A DNA stretch of 64,000 bases from Rebecca billardiae RCC1528. Its lineage: Eukaryota > Protista > Haptophyta. How positions within the stretch are numbered: position 1 is the stretch's first letter; every line of letters starts with the position of its first letter. The DNA lies in assembly GCA_965240325.2 (NCBI GenBank), contig OZ251227.1:2170001-2234000 (forward strand). The letters run 5' to 3'. Position numbers and translations under genes: made by a program. Below are positions 10,560-22,101 of this stretch, piece after piece. The notes under the pieces are model-generated. The model saw only the letters and a program-made list of their open reading frames with translations, ran no database searches and had not been told where the DNA came from.

Positions 10560-11430
10560 CGTGGGAGATCGAGTGACTGTCAAAGCGTCGTCGTCGCCAC
10601 TCAGCGAGTCATCTGGCAAGATTTCATATTGGCCTCTTGGGCCTAGTAGTAGTGCTTAGTACTTAGTCTTAATGAGAGCTTGGCAGCGCAGACTCAAAGT
10701 TTTACAGTCTCAGTGTCGTGGAGAGGACGAATGAGTTGCTCACACGTGGTCGCGCCGAGCCCGGCCTAGGCTGTCAGGAGGTCAGTAGCCAGTTGCCCAG
10801 TTCTCCGGTCGTGAACCCGGCCCCGGGGCCGGTGAGTGAGGACGATCACTGAGGTCACCCGGTGTGACCCCCTCGCCGGCGGGCCCGCCGGGGTCGGGGA
10901 CGGGCCGGACCGCCGGTGTCGGCGGTGAGCCGTGCACGCGGTGCCGCGAATAAGTCGATTACTGACGACGATCACGATGCGTGACGACAGCCGACAGCCC
11001 GACGACTGTCCGCCGACAGGCCGCGTCGGCAGCAAAATAAAGTCAAACTCTCACTGTCCAGGGCGCGTGCAAGCCGCGCAGGGTGTGCTCCAATGACCCA
11101 AACCAAACGATATCTGTGTGCGTCCGGGCGCGCTGCGCGTCACAGGTCCCACGGCATCGTCCGCCGCGCCGTCACACCCCTCAGCGCCGGCGATGGCCCC
11201 GCGGCCCCTCCTCGTCGAGTCAGCGGCGCGCTCGCTCGTGCGGGAATCCGCGTTAGAGGTTTGAGCGCGCCACGTCATGTGTCGACTGTCGGGGGGAGTG
11301 CTCTCGCACTCCGGCCAGCGCCGGCGAGGGCTCGGCCACGCCTCCGCACGGGAGGCGCCGCCGGCTGGTGCTATCTCGAGCGTCGCGGCGCTCACATGCG
11401 CAGGCGCCTCGGTGGGCGGCGGCGGCGCGC

Positions 11431-13684
11431 TCACGCGCGCGCGGCCGCAGTCTTGTCCTGCTTGGCGGCGCTGAGCTCTGCGGCGGCGGCCTCGTAGCCC
11501 GGGCGCACGACCGTCTCGCCCGTCGCCGGGTCCTCGAACGTCGGCTCCGCGTCGCACGACGGCAGGCGCCACACGAACTGGTTGATGGCGAAGCCGAGCG
11601 CGCTGCCCGCGAAGCAGATGCAGTGCCCAGTCACGTTCCAGCCAAAGAAGGCGGCAAACGGGCCTGCGGGTGCGCGCGCGCGCGCGCGGGGCGCGGGCGG
11701 GGCGGGCGGGGCGAGCGGCCGGGGCGGGGGCTCAGCGAGGGCATGCTCGCGCCGGGTGGCGTAGTCGGCGTCGTCCGCGCTCGCGCGCGCGCGCGCGCGC
11801 ACCGTCGCCCATAGCGAACGGCGTGAGGATGTCCGCCGCCGCCGGGTAGCGGCTGCCGACGATCACGCCGCCCTCGTACACCTTGGCGGTGGCGACCGAG
11901 TACACGGCGCCAAAGACAATGCCGGGCAGGAAGGAGAAGATGAACGCCAGCGGCGCCTGGCGCCAGCCGTCGTCCGCGCCGGGCTTCGAGTTGAACTTCC
12001 ACAGCAGCGTGAGCCACACGGGCGGGCCGAGGCCCATCACCATCGTGCCCGACACGACGGTCGCGTTGATCGCCTCGGCGTCCGCCACCAGGTTGAGCGT
12101 GCCGACGACGGCGAGCACCACAATCGACACGCGCGCGACGACGAGGTGGACCGGGCCGATGTTCTCCATGTCGGACGGCTTGAGCGGGCGGCGCTCGGCG
12201 CGCTTGTCCCCGGGGAGGTGCATCCAGCCGCCCAGCTCGAGCGCCACCAGCTTGCCCACCGACGAGAACGTCGAGTCGAGCGTGGACATGGACGAGGTCA
12301 TCATCACCAGGTTGATGAAGGCAAACGCCGTCGCGTCCATCGAGCGAGCGACGAACGCGGGCGAGCCGGCGCCGACGCGGTTGGCGAGGAAGGCGCCGTA
12401 CACGCCGATCCCGGAGAAGAGCACGATGAACATCATCGCGATCAGCCCGCCGAGCGTCAGCGCCGCCACCATCGTGCGCGGGCGCGAGAGGAAGGCGCGG
12501 TCGGTGAGCACAGGGTCGTGGAACGGGTAGGAGAGAGCTCCCTGCAGTGAGGACGCGGCGATCACGGTGCCCACGCCCGGCGTCCAGCCGCCCGGCGGCG
12601 ACCACGCCCAGAGGGCGTCGAGGCCGCCTGCGCGCCGCGCGCGCCACCACCGCGCCGAGCGGCGGAGGGAGACGGGAGGGGCGGCGTGAGCGTCCGAGCA
12701 ACGGGCTGGCGCGCGCCACCCGCGCGAGCCGCGCGCCGCGCCGCGCGCGGCGCGCGCGCACCCGGCATACGCTCGCCGATCAGGCCGAGGATGACGAAGA
12801 GGAAGAGGAGGCCGAGGCCCGCCTGGAGCACGTCGCTCACGAGCGACGAGCGCATCCCGCCCATCAGCACGTACACGGCCGGGATCGCGGTCGAGACCAT
12901 GGCGGCCGCCCACCACATCGGCGAGTGCACGGGGCCGTAGAAGGAAGCCACCACGACCGAGTTGGACCAGATCTCGTTCCACAGGCGGTACATGAGGGCG
13001 AGGCCGAAGCCGAGCGTGGCGAGCGGGCCGTAGCACCGCTCGATCGCCGTGGGCAGCGACTGGAACCCCGCGCGAGTGCGCAGCACGTACCCCACGAGCG
13101 CGGCGGCGAAGAAGGAGAGATACCAGCCCGCGTAGCCGACGCCGCCGAGAATGCCCCAGCGGCCGCCGAACGTGGCGGCGTTCTGGATGGACTTGGCGAA
13201 GATCCCTGCGCCGGGCACGGCGGGCGCGCTCGGTCAGCGCATGCACGCCGTCGCTGTCGCGCGCGCCTCGCATCGCGCGCGCCGCGTGCCTCCCGCGTGC
13301 CTCCCGTGCGCGCGCGCGCGCGCGCGCACAGGTGATGAAGGCGCTGGGCATGAGCGTCCAGAAGCCCACCTCCGAGCGGCGGCGCGCCTCCGCCTCCTCG
13401 GCTGCGGTGGGGTTGACCGACGAGCCAGGGAGCGGCGTGCCGCGCACGTAGTAGTCGAGCGTGGCGAAGAAGCCCGGGCCCTCGCCGCGGAAGAACTCGC
13501 GCGCGGTGCGCGAGACCTGCGCCGTCGCGATCAGCGCAAAGCCGTACCACGCCATCAGCTGCCAGCTCACGTTGTCGGGATCAGCGACGTGCGCAACGAT
13601 CACGGCGACGATGAGCACCACCACGAGCGGCACGCGCCACATGAGCTCCGTTGACCCGGCGAGACGGTCGAACATGCTCGACAT
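11431..13684 (-). CDS. sodium:solute symporter (SSS/SLC5-6-like) family transporter
   Basis: Multi-TM protein with SAFIT^WIFAKSIQNAA, YVLMGGMRSSLVSDVLQ, SYPFHDPVLTDRAF and MSTLDSTFSS. Introns at 13206-13329, 12628-12761 and 11664-11802 join four ORF-track fragments in frame. Confidence 0.8.
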
Positions 13685-14158
13685 GTTGCTGCGCGGTCGT
13701 GAGGCGGCGCGGCGATGAACCCGCTCGCGAGCCGAGCGTGGACACGGCGGCTCGTTCGCGTTCGCGGGCGCTTGCACGGTATTCAAGTTCAAGTTTCGGC
13801 AATGAGCCTACTGTCTCATCTTTGTTTGATGCGGTTGGTGTTTCGGCCGACGAGCACGTGGCTTGTGCTCCGGACTCGCGCCCACCTAATGGACCGGACT
13901 TGCCGCCGATCGGCGATCGGCGGGGCAACGGCTTGCCGGACGGCCGCAGGGTGCCGGCCGGAGGTGCAGGAGCAGACTCGGCCGCAGCGCTACCACCTTC
14001 GGTCGTCCGCGTCACGCGCACGAGAATACGGCAATACCGGCCGTACCGTGTTGGCTGTTGCCCGCGGTCGGATTGTCCGGTCAGTGAATGTGACTCATTA
14101 ATGTGAGCAACAGTAATTGACAATAATTAATTCTGCCGGTGACTCAGCTGCATCTAGT

Positions 14159-14472
14159 ACTAACTTCGGCGAGTCCAACTACTACTAACTTCGGCGAGTC
14201 TGACAACTACTACTTACTTCGGCGAGTCCAACTACTACTAACTTCGGCGAGTCTAACTTCGAACGGCGAGTCCAACTACTACTAACTTCGGCGAGTCCAA
14301 CTACTACTAACTTCGGCGAGTCCAACTACTACTAACTTCGGCGAGTCCAACTACTACTAACTCCGGCGAGTCCAACTACTACTACTAACTTCGGCAAGTC
14401 CAACTACTACCAACTTCGGCGAGTCCAACTACTAAGAGTAACTACGGTGAGTCCAACTACTACTCACTTCGG
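14159..14472. repeat. 25-bp minisatellite (AACTTCGGCGAGTCCAACTACTACT), about 12 copies
   Basis: Direct head-to-tail repeats with few variants and no unique spacers. Followed by three degenerate ACATCATCCACCAGCTGCTGACCAAG-like units (14478-14587). Confidence 0.9.
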
Positions 14473-16831
14473 CCACAACATCATCCACCAGCTGCTGACC
14501 AAGAATAGGCTACACCATCGTCCACCATGACCAACCACTGACCAAGTAGGCGACGACATCATCTGCACCAGCTGCTGACCAAGTAGGGGCCGGCCTGGCC
14601 GACGCCAACATGCTCACTCACCTTTGATTTCGTACCCATGCACTTCCTGGTGGTAGCCTGGTCCATCCCGATTTTCGCCACTGAAAAAGCCTTTTTCGGA
14701 TTTTGGGCGCCTCATTTCTCCCGATTTTTCTCGTCGCTCGTCGCGCTCGTCAAAAATCGCCACCGGCCGTCCGACGGCTCGCCGCGACGAGGTCGGAAGG
14801 GGCTCGAGAGCCTCGACTGGACGACTGCGCCGCCTCATGTCAGGTGTAGTGCTGGACACATCGTTCGGGTGCCCCGGCGGTGTGCGTGCACACCTTAAGC
14901 GACATGTCTGCGTTGCTTCCGCCGCCCGCGGTCCGTCGCCAGGTCGACTTCTCGCCCGACGGCGCGCGTCGAACGCTCAGCTGCTGGGTTGCGCTGCGCC
15001 TTCGAGAAGGGGCACCTCCGGGAATATGCGCGGCACGCGACGGCTCGCATGGGGCACCGCCTACCCCTAGCATGTACTCGATGCCACCACCAGCGTTGGG
15101 CGCGCTGCGCATCGCCAACGCTTCATCCGGCCAGTCCCGTCACGTTTGCGCATGGGTCGCCCAAGGCGGCGGCAGTCGATTTGTGCTTCTCGTGGAGCTG
15201 TATGACGGGCTGGGGGCGATCAGGACGGCTCGCCTTGCGGGGCTGGGTATGTACAGTTACATTGTAGTGGCTGCCGGCTGACTCCCATCCCCTGGGTGCT
15301 GCTTTACCGTCGTGGCCTTTGCTGCGAGCACAAGGTCGAGGATCGTACCGCGGTCTGCGAGGCAGAGTCGACGGAGTCGTCGCTTGAAGATGGTTGAGAG
15401 CGCTCGTACGTCTTCCTTGGTGTCGTGCGGCTACTCCAGCACGCAAGGCTCGCGCTTTGGCACGTGTTTGGTGTCCATGGGTGGCACATTGTGCCATTCG
15501 GGTGGCTCGGAAGCACGTGCTCGGGTGTCTTCCCCGTTTACGTGCGGTGGGTCAAGTCACCACGCACGGCCAGAGCATGTCATGGCACGCGGAGGGTGCC
15601 CATGAACGATCCCCACCCCGGTGGTGGCCGTAGGCGCGCTCGAAGCGGTCGCATCGTCACCCGCGGATCACATCAGTCCGCCGTTGAGGCTGTCGGGCGA
15701 GCAAGGACGTGCGATCTGACCCTTGGACGAGCAGCTAGAACCGCGATTATGCCTCGTCTAAGGACGCACATGTCGTCGTTGTAGGCAGTACGGATGCCCC
15801 AAGTGAAAGGGCGGGCGTGGCACGCGACTTGACAGCTTGAATGACTCGATGCACGCCGCCATGGACACGCGATCCGGATCCGTTGCGAACCTGCCGTGTG
15901 GCTCACGGCGGCGCGCGTTGTGCCGCACATCGGCCAGTCGCCACGCAGGAGATGGTCTCCAGACCAGGTCCAGCACCTGACCGACTGTCGCACGCCTGGC
16001 CGGGTGGGAGTCCGGCCCTCTTCTTGTCTGCAGGAGTGCGCGGAAGGCCAGGCGGAGCCTCGTCCGACCACTGCACCCCGAGCGCCGCACTAATCGTGCA
16101 GCCTGGGACAGCTACCCACCTATGGCGAATATGTAACGACATACTGGCATTTAATTACACAGACTCAGAACGCATATTTATGCGGGTAAATTTCCCATAT
16201 TATGCGGGTACAAATGGGTAATATAGTCAATCTTGCAGTAGTTGAGTACGGCCACTTGCGCACAGACCAGAGCCCATCCTAATGGCCTGTACCAAGGTTC
16301 ATGTTCGCCTCGACGTACGCCAATAAGTAAGTTCGTGCGTTTGGGCTCATTTCGGCTAAGTACTTACCCACATTCAGACTGACGATTCTCTATGTGTCCG
16401 TAGTTGTCCGCGGCGCGCGCGCGCACGCTCACGACGGGCCGCGGATGCGATTTTTAGGCCGAAACTTTTGCTCCGCCCGGGCTGGGCCCATTTGCTACGC
16501 TGTTTCCGGGTGTGAGCGCGCGCCTAGGGGCCCGCATTCATTTGGCGATAAAATCCCCGAAAGTGCTCCAGTGCGTTTGGACCAGGCTACTGGTGGGCCT
16601 GACGACGTCCGGACGACGACAAGAACGACATCCGCCATGGGGACCAACATCAACGTGCTCACACCACTGCCACTGCTGCAAGCTTCGACCAGTACCACTA
16701 CAGACGAATCAGGAGAGCTGCGCCCTCGTGCCTGTGTCTTTAAATCATATATAGAATTAGTGAATAAGTCCGGGAGGACTTCGCTGGCGGCGCGCCCACG
16801 GCCACGCCCACCGTGTCCGTTTTAATCTTTA

Positions 16832-17369
16832 TGGGGGGGGGCTGGGTTAGTTTTGCCTTTTGGGGTGCCCTCAACTGCCAAAACCACCCCTCGCGGAGAG
16901 GCTTGGACGGACGCAAGATGGGCACCCCTCGCCCTCGCCGTCGAGGACAAGCCGGAGGACGCCCGTGTCGGTAAGGCACCCGCTGGGGCCGGGTCGCCGC
17001 GGCCGCACATGCTCGCGCCAGGCGCGTTTGAAAATGACCCCAAACGAGCCCACCCCAAAACTAACCCGGGAGGCGCGTGCGCAGACGCGCGGCGCGAGCT
17101 CGTGGGCAGCATTGCTGGCGAAGCGAGCCGCCTTCTCGTGCTGCCCAGGCTGGGGATCCCCCCGCAATCACTCCTGATGAGGCGGAAGCGACGCGCCGAA
17201 GCACTCGCGATGCCACCGAGACGGGCAGAGCCGTTGCCCAGCGTCGCCTTGTGGGACATGGCGAGCCGCTGGAGCGGCCATGCTCTCCCAGTTCGCGCGG
17301 CCACCCCAGTGCGGCGCCCAGTGGCACCCCAAAACTAACCCCACCCCAAAACTAACCCAGCCCCCCCCA
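16832..17369. mobile_element. MITE family A, copy 1 (TIR TGGGGGGGGCTGGGTTAGTTTTG)
   Basis: Terminal inverted repeats flanked by TA on both sides. Near-identical to 22678-23206. Internal CCCCAAAACTAACCC motifs. Confidence 0.85.
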
Positions 17370-18093
17370 TATTGTCGTGATTCATGACATGATGAGACAT
17401 CTCGGATACAGTTACTAGTGAGTAACCATGTGATTGTGAAGCAGTAGCATGCATCGTGGCTGCAAGTAAATCATCGTCACCATTTTAATGGCGCGTTAAT
17501 AAGTGCGTTCTCGGTTCTGAGAACGGTCGAGTCGTGCACTCGTGCCGGGACTGGCGTCTGCGGCCGCGGTCCGTCCGACTCTCCGGGGGGCTAAACCGCT
17601 AAAGGCGTCAAGTAATGAGTCGTAAAGCTGATATCAAGTAGTGATCTGTCACTTAGTGTCAGCTGAGCAGTCTCAGTTATTAGCTTGAAGCTAGTATTCA
17701 TAACAGCTTGCCTGACCGAGTACTGTCTGGTGTCGTACTCGTAGTGACAGTTACTACAGTAGACCGTGCTCCGTCACAGACCGTCTACTAACTAATTGCC
17801 GACAGCAGTGCCGACTGAGTGGCACCGTCGACTTACAGTCGAGTGATTGCCAGTTCAGTAATTCTTGAACCAGAACACGGTTATTAGTCGTACTGACGGT
17901 AATTCAGTATCACAGCCCGGTGAATAATATATAATTTATTATAGCTGCTATCGTCTCGGTTAAGCCGATTGTATTTGTAGTATGCAGTCTGAGTCAAATG
18001 TGTTAGGACGACTGTTAAGACTACATACATGATACAATGCGTGCATGACACTGGTAGTCAGACAATTTAGATACATATCGATTATCGATACGA

Positions 18094-19449
18094 TCAGTAG
18101 CAGCGCGAATAATCCCACGCATCCGCCTGGACGCTGGTCAACGCGGAGCACGATGCGCGCAGCACGTCGGCCGCCTCCTGCAGCTTACCGGTGCAGTTGC
18201 GCGCCAGCACGAGTGTGTGCAGCTGCGGCAGGTCGACGCCCTCGAAGTCGCTCGGCTCGATGTGCACATTGGAGAGGAAGAGGTCGCGCAGCGTGCGTGG
18301 CGGCGGGTGCGCCACGAACGCGCCGCTCAGTGGAGCAAGAGGCATCGGTGACAGGTGGAACTTGCGCGCGACCGTTGCAGAGATGTTGTCGCAAGGCGCG
18401 CACAGCATGAACGTCTCCAGAGCGGGGGCTGCGTCGAACACCGCGCCCAGCAGCGCGTGCAGGTGCATGCCGCAGAAGCCATGGCGCGCGTGCGTCTGCG
18501 CGACCTGCCCGCAGATGTAATTCGTCTGTGCGACGATCTCGAGCGTCCGCAGCTGCGGCAGCGGCGCGATCGCGGCGGCACGGCCCGGCGAGAGCTGGAA
18601 CGGCAGGTCGCCGATGCCCGTGAGACGTACCATCTCGAGCCGGGGCAGGCACGCACCAAGCGAGGTGACGAGCGCCCACGACGTGTCAGCGCCCTCGAGG
18701 ATGCCGCCGCGCACGTGCAGCTCGCGCAGGGCGCCGCCCTGCGGTGTCATCGCGAGCGCCTGGAGGAAAGTGCTGGAGAGGAAGAAGGCGGGGAGACGGA
18801 GGCAGGTGAGGCGAGACATCTGCAGAACAGCGCTGTGGAGCGCTGTCATCGCGCCACTCGACCTGTCCTTGATGTTTTTGATGTCGAGCTCAACGAGGTG
18901 GTTGGCGCGCGGGGGCGCGAGCAGACCGAGCACTGCCGCGGTGATCTTCGGGCCGTGCAGCCGCAGCCGCTCGATGCGCTCTGGGCGACGGAGGATCGCG
19001 CGCGGCACGCTGGCCTGTGTCTCCTTCCGCGTGTGGATGCTCACGCCGCGCGCGTGCCGCCCAAGCTCGGGCAGCCAATCGAGCCTGCGGAGCACGTCCT
19101 CAGGAGACACGCACTCATCAAAGGGCAGCTGCTCCCAAAGAGCAGCGGCAAGCTTGGTGCCGTACCACGCCTTGCTCACGCGCGTAGCGCGCGCACGCTG
19201 GCGCGGCTCGACATGCTGCAGCACAAGCTCGAGGAGCTCGGGCCCAAAGTCGTGGATCGACGCGCGCGTGCTCGTCGCGTGCCTCTCGAGCGCTCCGCGC
19301 GTGACGGGCGAGCCGCTGAGCACGGCTGCGCGCACGATGGCCTCGAGCGAGCTGCGCGGAAGCTGCCGGGGTAGCTCCTCGAGCTCGAGCGGTGGCGACG
19401 CGATGCCTTCCGCCGCGGGCCGCTTCGCGTCGCTCGCAGGGGTCGACAT
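18094..19449 (-). CDS. F-box/LRR-like protein
   Basis: F-box IHDFGPELLELVLQHVEPRQRARATRVSKAW followed by degenerate LRRs (LRELHV, LPRLEMVRL, LPQLHTLVL). Confidence 0.75.
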   Translation of the reverse strand: MSTPASDAKRPAAEGIASPPLELEELPRQLPRSSLEAIVRAAVLSGSPVTRGALERHATSTRASIHDFGPELLELVLQHVEPRQRARATRVSKAWYGTKLAAALWEQLPFDECVSPEDVLRRLDWLPELGRHARGVSIHTRKETQASVPRAILRRPERIERLRLHGPKITAAVLGLLAPPRANHLVELDIKNIKDRSSGAMTALHSAVLQMSRLTCLRLPAFFLSSTFLQALAMTPQGGALRELHVRGGILEGADTSWALVTSLGACLPRLEMVRLTGIGDLPFQLSPGRAAAIAPLPQLRTLEIVAQTNYICGQVAQTHARHGFCGMHLHALLGAVFDAAPALETFMLCAPCDNISATVARKFHLSPMPLAPLSGAFVAHPPPRTLRDLFLSNVHIEPSDFEGVDLPQLHTLVLARNCTGKLQEAADVLRASCSALTSVQADAWDYSRCY

Positions 19450-19712
19450 GCCAAGGAGGGGGCGGGGATGATCAACACCGTTTGGGCGTTTGGCGTCCGC
19501 CGCAAGCCGCGCCGGGCGGGCACCGTTCGCGAGCGGAAGAGCGCAGTGCTTGCGCGCGGGTCAACCGTGTGTTTCGTCCACCGGCGGCGCGCTGAAGCTT
19601 GGGCTTACGTGCCGCTCCGACCGCCAGCGCCGCCGACCAGTACAACCCGCCTATTGGCGGGCGCGCTCTGTGCACCACGAGGACCCCAGCGGTAGCCGCG
19701 GCGGCGCGCGCC

Positions 19713-21318
19713 ATGCTGCTGACGTCCCTCCTTAACGTCGTGCGCACGAACGTCGTGAGGACGACGAGCGTCGCGCCGTTCCCCGCGGCGCTCGTGCGGA
19801 CCTCGGCGCTCGCGCCGCCTCCGACCGTGGCCGCGTGCGCGCGTGCGCGACGGGCGCTCCACGCCGTGCGCGCCTTCTCCTCGGACGCGTTTGCGGAGGG
19901 CAATTCCGAGATGCACAACATGCCGCACTCGCCGCCGCGCACGAACGGCCATGTGGTGGCGGAGCCCGTGGCGCCGATCGGCGTGAACGGCGCCGCGCAC
20001 AACGGCGCCGACGGGCTGCAGTTTGGCGCGCCGGCGCCCGGCGAGTCATTGCAGAGCGGGCGGCCGCCGTCTCCGAGGCAGCTGACCTACGCGCACGAGC
20101 TCGCCCAGGAGGTGGGCGAGACCGTGCCGCCCGAGGCCGAGGAAGACATGGCCGTGTGCTCGGCGCTGATCGAGAAGCTCAAGCCGATGGCGGACGCGCA
20201 GCGCGGCAAGCGCCCGCCCTCCGACCAGCAGGTGCAGCTGGCGCAGCAGCTCGCGGCGAACAAGGACATCGACGTGCCGGAGAACGCCCTCCGCGAGTCG
20301 CAGGCGTGCTCCCAGTTCATCGAGCAGCAGCAGGAGTACTCCCCCATCAAGCGCGAGCCGACGCCCAAGCAGCTCGCGTTTGCGCTGACGCTCGCCGAGC
20401 GCGCGGGCGTCGAGCTGCCGGCGGAGGCGCAGGGGGACATGATGGCGTGCTCGCGCTTCATCGAGCAGTTCAAGGGCGCGGTGCCGCCCGGCGCGTCCGG
20501 CCCCGGCGGCAGCATCCCGCGCCCGCCCTCCGAGCGCCAGCTCGCGTTTGCGCAGCAGCTTGCCACACAGCACAGCGTGGCGCTGCCAGACGCGGCGCGC
20601 GCCGACTCGCAGCAGTGCAGCGCCTTCATCACGCAGTTCACGCGGCCGAGCCGCGCGCCGTCGGACTCGCAGCTGATCTTCGCCGCGACGCTCGCGCGGA
20701 ACGCCGGCCAAGGGCTGCCCGCCGATGTGCTCAAAGACAAGGTGGCGTGCGCGGCCTTCATCGACTCGCTCAAGGGCGGCACGTGGGGCGGCGCGCCCGC
20801 GGCCGGCGCGTACGGCGCGGCGGCGTGGGGCCAGCCTGCGCCGGCCGTCACGTGGGGCACGCCCGTGCCGACCGCGCCGTGGGGCCAGCCCGCGCCGCCG
20901 CCTGCGCCGTGGGGCCAGCCCGCGCCGCCCGGGGCTGCGGCCGTCAACGGCGTGTACTCGGCCGTGCCGGCGCAATGGGCCCAGCCCGCCGAGCCGGCGG
21001 CCGGGCCTTCCTCTGCGGGCGCCGAGGCGGGCGACACGCCCGGCGCCACCGCCGACGCCTCGCCGGCCGTGGGCGCTGACGCCGCCGCCAGCAGTGCCGG
21101 CCCCGACGCCCAGCGCTCCGAGCTGATCTCGCCGGACGAGCCGCAGCCTGACCCCAACACGTGGAACCTGCCAGGTGCGCCGCGCCGCGCAGCGCCGAGC
21201 CCCGCGCCGCGCCGCGCCGTGCGGGATCGGGGCGCGCCGTGGGCTCGCTGGTCGAGACGCGCGCTCACGGGTCACGCGCGCGCGCGTGCCCGCCCTCCTC
21301 GCAGGCCGTCAGCCGTGA
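19713..21318 (+). CDS. organelle-targeted (probably mitochondrial) protein with five topoisomerase-III-C-terminal-like repeats and a WG-rich tail
   Basis: Arg/Ala/Thr-rich presequence ending RAFSS. Five repeats of about 40 aa with consensus PS.RQL.FA..LA......LP......D...CS.FI. Intron 21175-21304 gives the C-terminus WNLPGRQP*. Confidence 0.75.
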
Positions 21319-22101
21319 CCACCCCCGAGCAGCCATCCGTGCAGCGGCAGAAGGGAGGAGGCTGCAACCGTGCGGCAGGGGGACATCCATGGCCAAGCTT
21401 CGAGCCGTCGGCTCTTCGACTTCGCTCCTCGGGCGTAGCCTGACAAGGCGGCGGTTCTGCTCGATTCCCCAGCGAGGCCTGGTGCACGGCACGGCTCGGA
21501 GCGGTGACATCTGACGGCGCGCCGGCACACGCGGCAACGACAGACGGGCACGCGCGTTCCGGCCGTTCCGCGTGAGCTCGGGCTAGTTTAAGTTACGCTG
21601 TGCCGTCGGCTGCGGGCTGGAGCCTGGATCAGGATCAGAATCTCGCTCGTCGTGCCTCGCTCGCGGTCGGACGGTGCCACCATGCGTTGACCAATGAGAA
21701 TGACCATCGTAGTACGTGGGCAGCGCATCATTGCTCATTCGTCGACGGTTAGTTTAGCAGCTTGAATCATCATCAGACGACCGCTTAAATGCTTTCCCGC
21801 CTTTCCGCCAATTCCGGTCCTGCTGACAATATTTAATCAAATAAATAATGGTAACGGACATAGCGCTAAAATATTATTTAACAGGCGCATAACTTTTATA
21901 AATATATATAACTAATGGCGCACGCCCCCCCCCCCCCCCCCGAAAGGTCTGAGCGTGAGCGAAAGCCGGGGGGGGGGGGGCGGCGCACGTGCTCCGCAAA
22001 TCAAAAAGAGGATGCGCGCAGGATTTTGGGGATTTTTGTAGGTTGATTCAGATGTGACCGAACCCCTAGTGGACGCATTTCGCTGCCAATGATTGCGTTT
22101 G

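Noticed and set aside
14159-14472. CRISPR array
   Set aside because: Units are contiguous with no unique spacers, there are no cas genes, and the context is eukaryotic.
16853-17338. 161-aa ORF inside the MITE
   Set aside because: The frame is not conserved in the second copy and there is no protein motif.
17325-17370. True telomeric repeat
   Set aside because: The motif is CCCCAAAACTAACCC within a MITE terminus, not a tandem TTAGGG-type tract.
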